From Thermoanaerobaculia bacterium (GTDB lineage Bacteria > Acidobacteriota > Thermoanaerobaculia > Gp7-AA8): 64,000 nucleotides of DNA. Position 1 is the first letter of the stretch, and the number at the start of each line of letters is the position of its first letter. Under the pieces are notes generated by a model that saw only the letters and a list, made by a program, of their open reading frames with translations, was not told the origin of the DNA and did not search any database. The translations under genes and the position numbers were made by a program. Positions 47,101-54,469 of this stretch are shown here, in pieces. The DNA lies in the NCBI GenBank assembly GCA_036380735.1, contig DASVEE010000025.1, forward strand, positions 3,041 through 67,040. Direction: 5' to 3'.

Positions 47101-47715
47101 CAGCTCCCATTTGCCGAGGTGCTTGGCGATGAATTCGTTGCCGAAGGTCGGCAGCAGGAAGAGGATGGCGGCACCGATGTAGCTGGCAATCGAGCGGCGC
47201 GTCAACGCGGCCAGGGCGAAGAGGATGGCCGTCGTGACGAACGCGTTCGGGAGCGTGCAGACCGTGTACGCGTTGAGGTACACGGCGGGACGGAACGGAG
47301 CGATCAGCTCCGCCTCGATGCCCGGTAACCGCGCGGCGACGATCAGCCCGATCGGCACCGCGGCGAGCAGCAGGGCGCTCATGGCGAAGGCGCCGAGGAA
47401 ACGTCCGCCGAGGTGCGCGGCTTTGCTGATGGGCGTGGTGTAGAGGAGCGGCTCCATCCGCGTCTGCATGTCGCGCGTCGCCGCATCTCCGGCGATCGCG
47501 GCCGCGACCAGCAGCGCGAACATGCTGCCGATGACGGAGACGGCGGCGGTGGTGAACGGCCCGTTGAAGAAGTAGCCTCCGGTGCGCGCGTTGCCGAGGA
47601 ATGCTTCGGTGCCGACCTGCAGCGTGAGACCGAGGACGGCGGCGAAATAGAGCCACGTCGAGCGGCGCCGTGTCTGGTAGGCGAGCTCGAAGCAGAAGGT
47701 CTTCCAGACCTTCAT
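44140..47715 (-). CDS. ABC-2-type permease domain fused to M1-family zinc metallopeptidase (paralogue of 37138..40755)
   Basis: 1191 aa; N-terminus MKVWKTFCFELAYQTRRRSTWLYF aligns with the paralogue (MPLKLLEIFRFELDFRMRRPATWLLL); HEVAHQWWGNQ gluzincin motif; start overlaps upstream ATPase stop by 4 nt. Confidence 0.85.
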   Translation of the reverse strand: MKVWKTFCFELAYQTRRRSTWLYFAAVLGLTLQVGTEAFLGNARTGGYFFNGPFTTAAVSVIGSMFALLVAAAIAGDAATRDMQTRMEPLLYTTPISKAAHLGGRFLGAFAMSALLLAAVPIGLIVAARLPGIEAELIAPFRPAVYLNAYTVCTLPNAFVTTAILFALAALTRRSIASYIGAAILFLLPTFGNEFIAKHLGKWELAQQLDPFGFTVMSALSRAWTPAQKGSQLLALEGILLTNRLLWLGIAVGVLALTYAGFRFAHHTPRTFMPRWLRRSRPAAALSPNEEQSTTPIAVPAVERRFGFGTRVRQMLVITRRSFREIVLSWGAIALAVVVLFLVAAGPELMEHIGIPLHPVTERILAHLAGPGDLPGFMAIFLMVFYAGEVIWRERDAGMSVIADATPVPDWVPFTGKLLGLTLVLVLLQALMMGGGLLTQIRLGHHDFEVGLYLIVLFGIYLSGYLLFTALAVAVHVIVNQKYVGHLVVILAYALTAYASDLGIEHNLLIYGSDPGWDYSDMSGFGPHLAPVLWFKLYWGGWALLFAVVAKLLWPRGTSRGMKERLRLGRGRVSTPARWSLAAAAGVIVLVGSFVFYNTNVLHAYAPSDDLTARRARYEQRHGRYDGVPQPRRTATSLHIELEPARGEADIRGTYDLVNKTAAPIDAIHLATAREVETDGIQFNRPFAPRLVDKQLGHRIYTLKEPLQPGDSLRMQFRVRFRPRGFTNGGVNDRVASNGTHFEGDWLPAIGYQPDRELSNAGERKLHGLPARPPLPRLEDARGRNDETRGERIAFEAVIGTAANETAVAPGTLRRTWRAQGRHYFHYATDTPIRPGFAIFSADYAVHRARWRDVDIEVLHHRGHPWNVERIVKGVQASLESFTKDLGPYPHQQIRLVEAPGSSIGLRSHPINIRFFEGFALLNSSTDDRNVDFPFAVVAHEVAHQWWGNQLTPANVEGAALLSESLSWYSAMNAVDQTYGPEHLGRFLDILREAYLHPRGRADVPLLRADDWFVGYRKGPFAMYALREYVGEKQVTLALRRLMDKHRNGTAPLPTTLDLYAELKAVTPEPLRYLLVDLFEVNTFWELSTKAATAEPASGGAWRVTLNVAAKKVAVNTEGAETVRPMNDLIEIGVFAAEGKPLYLRQHRIKPGQQTVTVTVPGKPARAGIDPRNILIDTVWRDNTVEVTTGK

Positions 47716-48662
47716 GACGCCACGCCGTTCAGCCGCCGCAGCTCCGTCCGTGTGAGGGTTTGAACAGCCGCGCCGTTGGCCACGTGCCCGTTCATGGTGC
47801 AGAAGTAGACGTCCTCGAGGTCCGGCTCCACCGGCTCGAAGCCGGTCGGCGCGGTCTCGCTGTAGACGTGCACGAGCGTCCGTCCGGCGAGGAGGCGCGT
47901 GGAGATGACGGCGTGCTGCCGCTCCAGCGCCGCGAGGTCGCTCTTCTCGACGACGCGCTTCCAGATGCGGCCGCGCAGCTCGTCGACCGCGCGCAGCGGC
48001 TCGGCTTCGAGCAGGATGCGTCCCTTGTCGATGATGGCCATGCGGGTGCAGAGCTCGGAGACGTCTTCGACGATGTGTGTGGAGAGGATGACGACGCTGT
48101 TCTCACCGAGCTCGCTGAGGAGGTTGAGGAAGCGCACGCGCTCGGCGGGATCGAGTCCCGCGGTGGGCTCGTCGACGATCAGCAGCTTCGGGTTGCCGAG
48201 CAGCGCCACCGCGACGCCGAAGCGCTGGCGCATGCCGCCGGAGTAGCCGCCGAGCTTCTGCTTGCGCGCCTCCCAGAGGTTCGTCTGCCGCAGCAGTGCC
48301 TCGATGACCTGCTTCCGGTCGCCGCGCGCGGTGATCCCTTTGAGGACCGCGAAGTAGTCGAGCAGCGCCTCGGCGCTCGACTTCGGGTAGACGCCGAACT
48401 CCTGCGGCAGATAGCCGAGCGTCTTCCGCACCTCGTCCTTCTGCCGCAGCACGTCGAGGTCGCCGAGCTGAATCGCGCCGGAGTCGGGCTCCTGCAGCGT
48501 AGCGATCGTGCGCATGAGCGTCGACTTCCCGGCCCCGTTCGGCCCGAGCAGCCCATACATCCCGCGAGGGATCGTCAGACTGACGTTCTGCAGGGCCTTG
48601 AGCCCGTTCGTGTACGTCTTGGAAAGGTTTTCGATGCGCAGTTCAAGCGGAGCGGTGGCCAT
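47712..48662 (-). CDS. ABC transporter ATP-binding protein
   Basis: Walker A GPNGAGKST, signature YSGGMRQRF, Walker B LLIVDEPTAGLD; 316 aa; translationally coupled to the permease-M1 fusion. Confidence 0.9.
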   Translation of the reverse strand: MATAPLELRIENLSKTYTNGLKALQNVSLTIPRGMYGLLGPNGAGKSTLMRTIATLQEPDSGAIQLGDLDVLRQKDEVRKTLGYLPQEFGVYPKSSAEALLDYFAVLKGITARGDRKQVIEALLRQTNLWEARKQKLGGYSGGMRQRFGVAVALLGNPKLLIVDEPTAGLDPAERVRFLNLLSELGENSVVILSTHIVEDVSELCTRMAIIDKGRILLEAEPLRAVDELRGRIWKRVVEKSDLAALERQHAVISTRLLAGRTLVHVYSETAPTGFEPVEPDLEDVYFCTMNGHVANGAAVQTLTRTELRRLNGVAS

Positions 48663-48753
48663 GTCCCTCTGTATACGGGCGACGGGGCGCGCGGTGTACA
48701 GGGTGAGGGGCGGTTGGTACGAACGGTCGGATTCCGGGGGTAAAGGTGGCGGG

Positions 48754-48838
48754 GACAGGACGGATGGGACGAATAGGACGGATGGGACGGATGGGCCTCC
48801 GGTGAGTCCTATCTGTCCTATTCGCCCTATCCGTCATC
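48754..48838. repeat. ATAGGAC-family element
   Basis: GACAGGACGGATGGGACGAATAGGACGGATGGGACGGATGGG - short loop - GAGTCCTATCTGTCCTATTCGCCCTATCCGTCATCG. Confidence 0.85.
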
Positions 48839-48846
48839 GCGCTGGC

Positions 48847-49059
48847 TTACAGGTCACCCGGCGTCAGACCGGTCCGCTTGGCAATGCGCGCCAGCATCCG
48901 CGGTCCGATCTCATCGTGATCGTGGAACGCGAATACATAGTCCGGCCAGCCTGCACGTTCGAGCACGCGGTGCGACGTGCCGGATTGCCGCTTGAGCGAC
49001 CAGCCGATTCGCGTCAGTGCGGCAAAAACACGGCTTGCCTTGGATGACGGCCAGTTCAT
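48847..49059 (-). CDS. hicA: HicA-family mRNA-interferase toxin
   Basis: 70 aa; conserved HicA core GWSLKRQSGTSHRVL ... DEIGPRMLARIAKRTGL; overlaps hicB stop by 4 nt. Confidence 0.75.
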   Translation of the reverse strand: MNWPSSKASRVFAALTRIGWSLKRQSGTSHRVLERAGWPDYVFAFHDHDEIGPRMLARIAKRTGLTPGDL

Positions 49060-49265
49060 CCGCTGATCGCGAAGACTCCGTCGAGCTCCGGGATCTGCTC
49101 GCCGTGCTCGAGGCGGTCGGCCAGTACGCGGAAGGCAAGTGCTTTTGCTTTGGCAACAGCTTCTTCGCGGCTGGCGCCGTACGTAAGCACGCCGGGTAAA
49201 TCGACGACTTCGCCAATCCAGCGTCCGTCTTCTTCGCGCTCGACCTCTACGGTGAAGTCACTCAT
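49056..49265 (-). CDS. hicB: HicB-like antitoxin (UPF0150 fold, short form without DNA-binding tail)
   Basis: Start MSDFTVEVEREEDGRWIGEVVDLPGVLTYGASREEAVAKAKALAF typical of the HicB N-domain; an alternative upstream start at 49307 would overlap the MBL gene stop. Confidence 0.65.
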   Translation of the reverse strand: MSDFTVEVEREEDGRWIGEVVDLPGVLTYGASREEAVAKAKALAFRVLADRLEHGEQIPELDGVFAISG

Positions 49266-49303
49266 CGCCGTTATCGTACTCCGCTCGGTCCTTTCGCTCC
49301 ACG

Positions 49304-50521
49304 TCACAACTCGTAGTCACACCACATTTCCCCCACTTTGAACGGCCGGTCCACCTGATCCAACGCGTCGCTTTGGGCGTAACGGTTCCCAACCCGTTCC
49401 TTCACCGCATCCACCAGCTTGGGATACGGCACCGGGAAGTGGCCGCGGTTGAACGACTTGACGGTGTCCGTGGACGCCATCGCCACGACGCCTTTGGCGT
49501 TCATCAGGTCGAGCGCTCCGTGCGGCGTGGCGTTGTGGCTGCCGTGGTGGCCGACCTTGTAGAAGCTGATGTCGCCGAGGATCGACTCCCAGTCGGCTTC
49601 CCACGACTTCCAGTTGCCCCATTGCGCGTCGCCGGGGAACAACAGCGTCTTGCCGCGGTACTGCAGCAGCAGCGAGAGACTCGTGTTGTTGAGGTAGTTG
49701 TCGACCGAGAGCGCGAGCGCCTGCAGCGGGATCGCGCACTGCTGCACGAGCAGCTCGCGATACGCCTCGTCGAGCACCGGCGTGCTGTCGTTCCAGCGGT
49801 CGCCGAAGGGGAGGAGGTTGTCGGTGGTGACCTGGCCGTTTTCGTCGAGCCCGAACAACTGCGAGTCGGGCGGATGCATCTTGCTGAGGAACGACGTGTC
49901 GGTCGACGGCGCGAGCACGCGCACGGTGAGTCCCTTGATGCCGCCCGCATCGGTGAGGACGTCGCCGCCTTTGAGGTACTTCGTTCGGCTCTTGTCGCCG
50001 AAGCCGTCGCGGAGCAGCGCCAGCGCCTTCGCGTTGTTGCCGGTGGAGGAGCGCCCCTTCGCGCCGAGCGCGTTGAGCGTGACCCACTCGATGAGCGGGT
50101 CCGGCGGCGCGCCGTCCGCCGCAACCCGAGTCATGTGCGCATCGAGCAGCGACGCCAGCGCGGCCGCTTTGGCGTGCAGCTTCTTCGCGGCCGGATTGCT
50201 GAGATCCTCGAGCCACGGCATCCACACCTCACCGACTTCGAAGCGGCTGAACCGCTCCGCCTCGGTACCAAACCCGCTGATGTGATCCGCATGCGCGTGC
50301 GTCGCGACGATCACGTCGAGCTTTCCGCCGGTCTCTTCCTCGATCGCCTCGACAGCTTCCGCGAGTCCTTTGAACTGGCTCTGCGAGTGGACGCCGCAGT
50401 CGATCAGGATGTGCTGCGCTTTCGATCCGGAGCCGATAGTGACGAGGAAGCAGTCGCCCATACCGACGCGATACATCCGGACGCGCAGCTTCGCACCGCT
50501 GGTGTTCTTCTTCACGGCCAT
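49304..50521 (-). CDS. MBL-fold metallo-hydrolase
   Basis: 405 aa; HxHxDH motif VIVATHAHADHISG, further conserved His/Asp (KVGHHGSHNA); no signal peptide; 1-nt gap from upstream peptidase gene. Confidence 0.8.
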   Translation of the reverse strand: MAVKKNTSGAKLRVRMYRVGMGDCFLVTIGSGSKAQHILIDCGVHSQSQFKGLAEAVEAIEEETGGKLDVIVATHAHADHISGFGTEAERFSRFEVGEVWMPWLEDLSNPAAKKLHAKAAALASLLDAHMTRVAADGAPPDPLIEWVTLNALGAKGRSSTGNNAKALALLRDGFGDKSRTKYLKGGDVLTDAGGIKGLTVRVLAPSTDTSFLSKMHPPDSQLFGLDENGQVTTDNLLPFGDRWNDSTPVLDEAYRELLVQQCAIPLQALALSVDNYLNNTSLSLLLQYRGKTLLFPGDAQWGNWKSWEADWESILGDISFYKVGHHGSHNATPHGALDLMNAKGVVAMASTDTVKSFNRGHFPVPYPKLVDAVKERVGNRYAQSDALDQVDRPFKVGEMWCDYEL

Positions 50522-50522
50522 G

Positions 50523-52370
50523 TCAGCACCCCCGATGAATCGCCGACAGGTGCAGCGCCGGCGGAGTGACGTCGGTCAGATAGTTGGTGAACGGTGACGC
50601 GGCGAGCGCGGTCTCGACGAACGACTTCTGCCGCTTGCGCCGCGACTTGGAGGTGAGGTTCTTGTACACGATCATCGTCGCCGTGCCGGCCGTGTCGAAC
50701 ACGACGGTCGCACCTCCCTTGAAGCGCTTCTCCGTGTCGCCCGGCTCGAGCTCCGCGTGCCCCACGATGTGCGCGATGAACTCGACCTGCGGACGCTGGC
50801 TCCCGCCGCGGACGACCATGTTCACCGACCGCACCGCGCGCGGAATCCGCGGAATGTCGCAGTTGCAGGTCGCCTTCGTGTGCGTGTCGTCTTCGCAGAG
50901 ACCGAAGGCGAAGGGATGCGCGCGCACGACCTCCTCCAGCTTGTTGCAGTTGTCGTCGAAGAACTTGTTCGGCTCGAGGAGGTCGAAGCAAAGCCCGGGA
51001 CAGGCGGGCGTGTCCGGCGGGGCCTTCTGCCACAGCAGCGACTCCTCGGCCAGCGAAGTGACGTCGTCCGGCACGATGCCGCGCGCGCGGAACGCCTGGA
51101 TGAAGGCGTCGCGATAGTCGTGATCGTCGCTGCGGTACAGCTCCGTGTCGGCGGTGATGAGCGCGCGGAGGAAGTCGCCGAAGGTGATGTCGACCGGCGG
51201 ACAGTAATCGATGGCGCGGATGCACATCGTGCAGAAGTGACTCGCGACTTTCGACGCTTCCTTGGCCAGCCTCGCGGCGATGTCGGGATGGATCTCGTCC
51301 GAGCCGCTCGACACCGCGCGCGCGAGGCGGATCAGGTCGGCCGTGCGGTGCATGAAGGAGCTGAAGAACGCGTCGAACACGGCGGCGACGAGCACTGCTC
51401 CGCGCTCGTGCGCTTCCGTCGCCTCGGCCAGCGCTCGCGGATTGGGAGCGACGCCGAGGGCCGAGCGGAGCGCGGCGCGCCGGCCCATCGATTCGCCGAA
51501 CTGGCGCGCCAGGTCGAGGAGCGGGTTCCCTTCCGGCATCTCGCCGACGATGAAGATCGGGCTGTCGGGGTCGCGGTCGGCGACGGCGCCGCGCGGCGCG
51601 AGGTCGAAGCGGTGCAGCACCCCGCCGGAGCGCTGCAGCGTGTCGCGCACGACGTCCTCGAAGCGGAAGTGCTGGAACAGCGCGACGATGTCCGCGAAGG
51701 CCTCATGGAACCCGAGCACGTCGGGGTTCGTCGCCTCCATGAACGTGTCGCGGAGCGTGTCGACGATGGCGTGCGTCGTCTCGTGCGCGATGATGTCGTG
51801 CGAGAGGCAGGTGAAGACGGTGCCGGCGGGCAGTCCGCTGCCGGCTTCCTCGCTCGACGCACGGAAATAGCCGAAGAGCAGCGCGCCGAGCTCACGCGAG
51901 TAGTACGCGTTCGGCTCGTACATCGCGTGCGGGAAGATGCGCAGCACGTTGCGCGAGCCGGCCGCGTCCTGGAACCGGAAGAGGATGTCGCGTCCGAGGG
52001 CACGCTCGAAGATGTTGATCGTCTCCATGGCCACGGCGTAGACCATCTGCTGGTGAAAGCGTGGATCGGATTCGCTCGGCGCGAGTCCCCCCTCCACGAG
52101 CGCGGCGGGGGAGTTGAGGTCGACCGGCTTGTAATAGAGGTTGTTCGTGGCGTCGAAGTCGATGACGTGGATCTGCTGCCCTTCGAGCCGCTGCTCGAGG
52201 TCCTCGTACTTGACCCGGACGGTCATGTGATTGCCGAGGCGGCGGCCACGCCCGGGATCGAAGGCGTACACGCGCAGCGCACGATACGGCGGCTTATCGA
52301 CCTCGGGTGCGAGGTCCGGTAGCGGGTTCGCGGACATAGGAATCTCCTCTGAGGACGACGACTCGTACAA
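50523..52370 (-). CDS. leaderless thermolysin-like (M4-type zincin) metallopeptidase with Cys-rich C-terminal region
   Basis: 615 aa; no signal peptide; HEXXH IIAHETTHAIVD followed about 25 aa later by GFHEAFADIVALF (matches M4 NEAxSDIFG third-ligand motif); C-terminal Cys clusters (CTMCIRAIDYCPP, CPGLCFD, CEDDTHTKATCNCD). Confidence 0.65.
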   Translation of the reverse strand: MYESSSSEEIPMSANPLPDLAPEVDKPPYRALRVYAFDPGRGRRLGNHMTVRVKYEDLEQRLEGQQIHVIDFDATNNLYYKPVDLNSPAALVEGGLAPSESDPRFHQQMVYAVAMETINIFERALGRDILFRFQDAAGSRNVLRIFPHAMYEPNAYYSRELGALLFGYFRASSEEAGSGLPAGTVFTCLSHDIIAHETTHAIVDTLRDTFMEATNPDVLGFHEAFADIVALFQHFRFEDVVRDTLQRSGGVLHRFDLAPRGAVADRDPDSPIFIVGEMPEGNPLLDLARQFGESMGRRAALRSALGVAPNPRALAEATEAHERGAVLVAAVFDAFFSSFMHRTADLIRLARAVSSGSDEIHPDIAARLAKEASKVASHFCTMCIRAIDYCPPVDITFGDFLRALITADTELYRSDDHDYRDAFIQAFRARGIVPDDVTSLAEESLLWQKAPPDTPACPGLCFDLLEPNKFFDDNCNKLEEVVRAHPFAFGLCEDDTHTKATCNCDIPRIPRAVRSVNMVVRGGSQRPQVEFIAHIVGHAELEPGDTEKRFKGGATVVFDTAGTATMIVYKNLTSKSRRKRQKSFVETALAASPFTNYLTDVTPPALHLSAIHRGC

Positions 52371-52453
52371 GGTGAGTCATTGGACAGGGGAAACCCTACC
52401 CGAAAAACAGATCGGGACCTACAGGACAGCGGCGCGCCTCTAGTCCGCAGGCA

Positions 52454-53833
52454 CTACCGCGCCTGGAAGCGCACCGTGGCGTTGTTCTCACCCGCCATCA
52501 CCGCGATGGAGATCGGCGCGGCAAAGTCCGTGGCGGTGTCGTAGATCGTCTGTCCCTCGACGAGAGTGCGGTAGGGCCAGAACTCGTAGGTGCCGGCGGG
52601 GATGCGCTCGAGGGAGAGGCTCCCTTGTGCGTCCGTCATCAGCGGGAAGCCGCGGCTGCCGAGCAGGCGTGCGATCGCCGGCGGCACGGCGATGCCGTCG
52701 ATGCGCATCAGCACGATCATGTCGGAGAACGGCTCGCCGGCGACGGTCTTCAGCGTCAGCCGCAGCGAGGATGTCCCTTCCTTGACGCGGATCACGAGCG
52801 GCTCCGTTCCTTCTACCGCCTGGATGGCGAAGGACCCTTCGTTCGGCAGGACATAGATCGCGCAGGAGGAGCCGCCCGGCAACGCGACGTTCGCGATGCC
52901 TTCAGCGTTCGTGACCGTCGTCGACTTGAGGTGGCCACCGCACGCCGTGAACAACGTGGCGCCGGCGAGCGGCGCGTCGCGCATGTCGACGACGCGCACC
53001 GCGCGCGGCTCGCCGCGCGTCAGCTCCACATCGAGGACCTTCTGCCCCGGTGCACCGCGGAGGTCGAACGTGACGGCATCGCTGTCGAGATAGGAAGGAG
53101 CGCGCGCCGTGAGCGTCAGGGCACCTTCGCGAACGCCGAAGAACTCGAAGCGGCCATCGGGCGCGGACTGCGTGCGGAGCGTCAGCACTCCTTCGTTATC
53201 CTCGGAGCGCAGGAGGATGACCGCGCCGGCGACCGGCTTACCGCCGGCGGCGATGCGGCCGGTGACGTGCCGGTCCGGAACGTCGATCGTCAACGGCTCG
53301 GGTTTGAGCGCGACGTCGACGGTATGCGGCGCCGAAGTGGGCTCGCGGCGCACGCCGACGCCGTAGCCGCCCGGCTCCCACAACTCGCCCTCGAAGCGCC
53401 CGTCGTCACCCGTCCGGACCCCCGTAGTCCAGCGAAGTTTGTCGTGAGTCAGTGTGACTTGGGCGCCGGCGAGCGGCTCGCCGGCCAGCGTCGCGTGCAG
53501 CACGGTTTTCGAGCGGGGGAGGACGAGGCGGATCGTGCTGCCGCCGGTTCCGAGGTTCGCCTTCGCGCTGAGCCGCTGCAGCGGCTGCGGTCCGCTTGCC
53601 AGGACGACGTAGAGCCCCTCGGTCAGATCGGGAAAGCTCACCGCGGATTTGCCGGCGGGGAGCGTCTTCGTCACGGACCAATGGGGAGGCTCTCCATCGA
53701 CGCGAGGCGCGACGGCCACCTGGATCGGACCGGCGAAGCCCTGGCGGCTCACTTCGACGTTGAGCGTGGCGGCGGATGCGGTGGTTGCGAGCAGCAGGAC
53801 GAACGCTACGGCGAGGAATGTGCGCATGGTCAT
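52454..53833 (-). CDS. secreted protein with tandem carboxypeptidase-regulatory-like (CarboxypepD_reg) beta-sandwich domains
   Basis: GGAGG SD; signal peptide MTMRTFLAVAFVLLLATTASA; at least 4 repeats of the ..G.PLAGA.V.L........T..DGRFE/F.. pattern. Confidence 0.7.
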   Translation of the reverse strand: MTMRTFLAVAFVLLLATTASAATLNVEVSRQGFAGPIQVAVAPRVDGEPPHWSVTKTLPAGKSAVSFPDLTEGLYVVLASGPQPLQRLSAKANLGTGGSTIRLVLPRSKTVLHATLAGEPLAGAQVTLTHDKLRWTTGVRTGDDGRFEGELWEPGGYGVGVRREPTSAPHTVDVALKPEPLTIDVPDRHVTGRIAAGGKPVAGAVILLRSEDNEGVLTLRTQSAPDGRFEFFGVREGALTLTARAPSYLDSDAVTFDLRGAPGQKVLDVELTRGEPRAVRVVDMRDAPLAGATLFTACGGHLKSTTVTNAEGIANVALPGGSSCAIYVLPNEGSFAIQAVEGTEPLVIRVKEGTSSLRLTLKTVAGEPFSDMIVLMRIDGIAVPPAIARLLGSRGFPLMTDAQGSLSLERIPAGTYEFWPYRTLVEGQTIYDTATDFAAPISIAVMAGENNATVRFQAR

Positions 53834-53882
53834 GACCTCCGGAAAGCGGCGATCTCTCCCGCGGTCGTGATGGCGAATTGGG

Positions 53883-54215
53883 CTAGTGCGCCGCGGTGGC
53901 GTGGGCCGCCGGCGCGGCAGCCTCGGTCAGCTCGGCCGCAGCCGGAACCGTGACCGCTTCCGGCGCGGGGCGGCTGATCTCGATCGAGGCGACTCTCCAG
54001 TCGGTGAGGACCGGCGACGGGGTGAAGGGAATGCTGCAGCGCTCGAAAGTCGTATAGCAACGGCTCGTGGCGGAGTCGTACCGGCACCGTTCGAAATCGC
54101 CGGGTAGGGACTGACACTGATTCGACTCATTGCAGTGGCCGCAGAGCGGCAAGGCAAACGTTGGGACAGCAGCCAGCAGCAACAGCGTACAGACCAGCAG
54201 GATTCTGACTTTCAT
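53883..54215 (-). CDS. small secreted Cys-rich protein
   Basis: 110 aa; signal peptide MKVRILLVCTLLLLAAVPTFA; six Cys in 35 residues (CGHCNESNQCQS...CRYDSATSRCYTTFERC); Ala/Pro-rich tail. 50 nt upstream of the CarboxypepD_reg gene. Confidence 0.55.
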   Translation of the reverse strand: MKVRILLVCTLLLLAAVPTFALPLCGHCNESNQCQSLPGDFERCRYDSATSRCYTTFERCSIPFTPSPVLTDWRVASIEISRPAPEAVTVPAAAELTEAAAPAAHATAAH

Positions 54216-54258
54216 GGTGTTCTCCTTGGCAGGAAAGATCGCCGAAAGTCATTCTGCC

Positions 54259-54296
54259 TTTGCGCAAGTGCGCAACAACAGTGTTGTTTCTTGCGT
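54259..54296. promoter_or_regulatory. palindromic operator-like site in divergent promoter region
   Basis: TTGCGCAAGTGCGCAACAACAGTGTTGTTTCTTGCG: TTGCGCAA self-complementary octamer plus AACAACAG/CTGTTGTT inverted repeat, in the 254-bp region between the Cys-rich gene (minus) and the 1148-aa gene (plus). Confidence 0.4.
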
Positions 54297-54469
54297 GGCG
54301 ACTGCGACGTCCAGCCTCGGTCTTATGTCCTATCCGGCCCGCCGTCTGCGTCCACGCACGGTGGCCGTCCACATGGCGGTGGTGAAATGAGGCCGCGAAA
54401 AAATCCGGGACGCGGATGTAGAATTCCGCACCTCTGAAAACGAACGGGACCTGGCGGTGGGAGGTTCGG

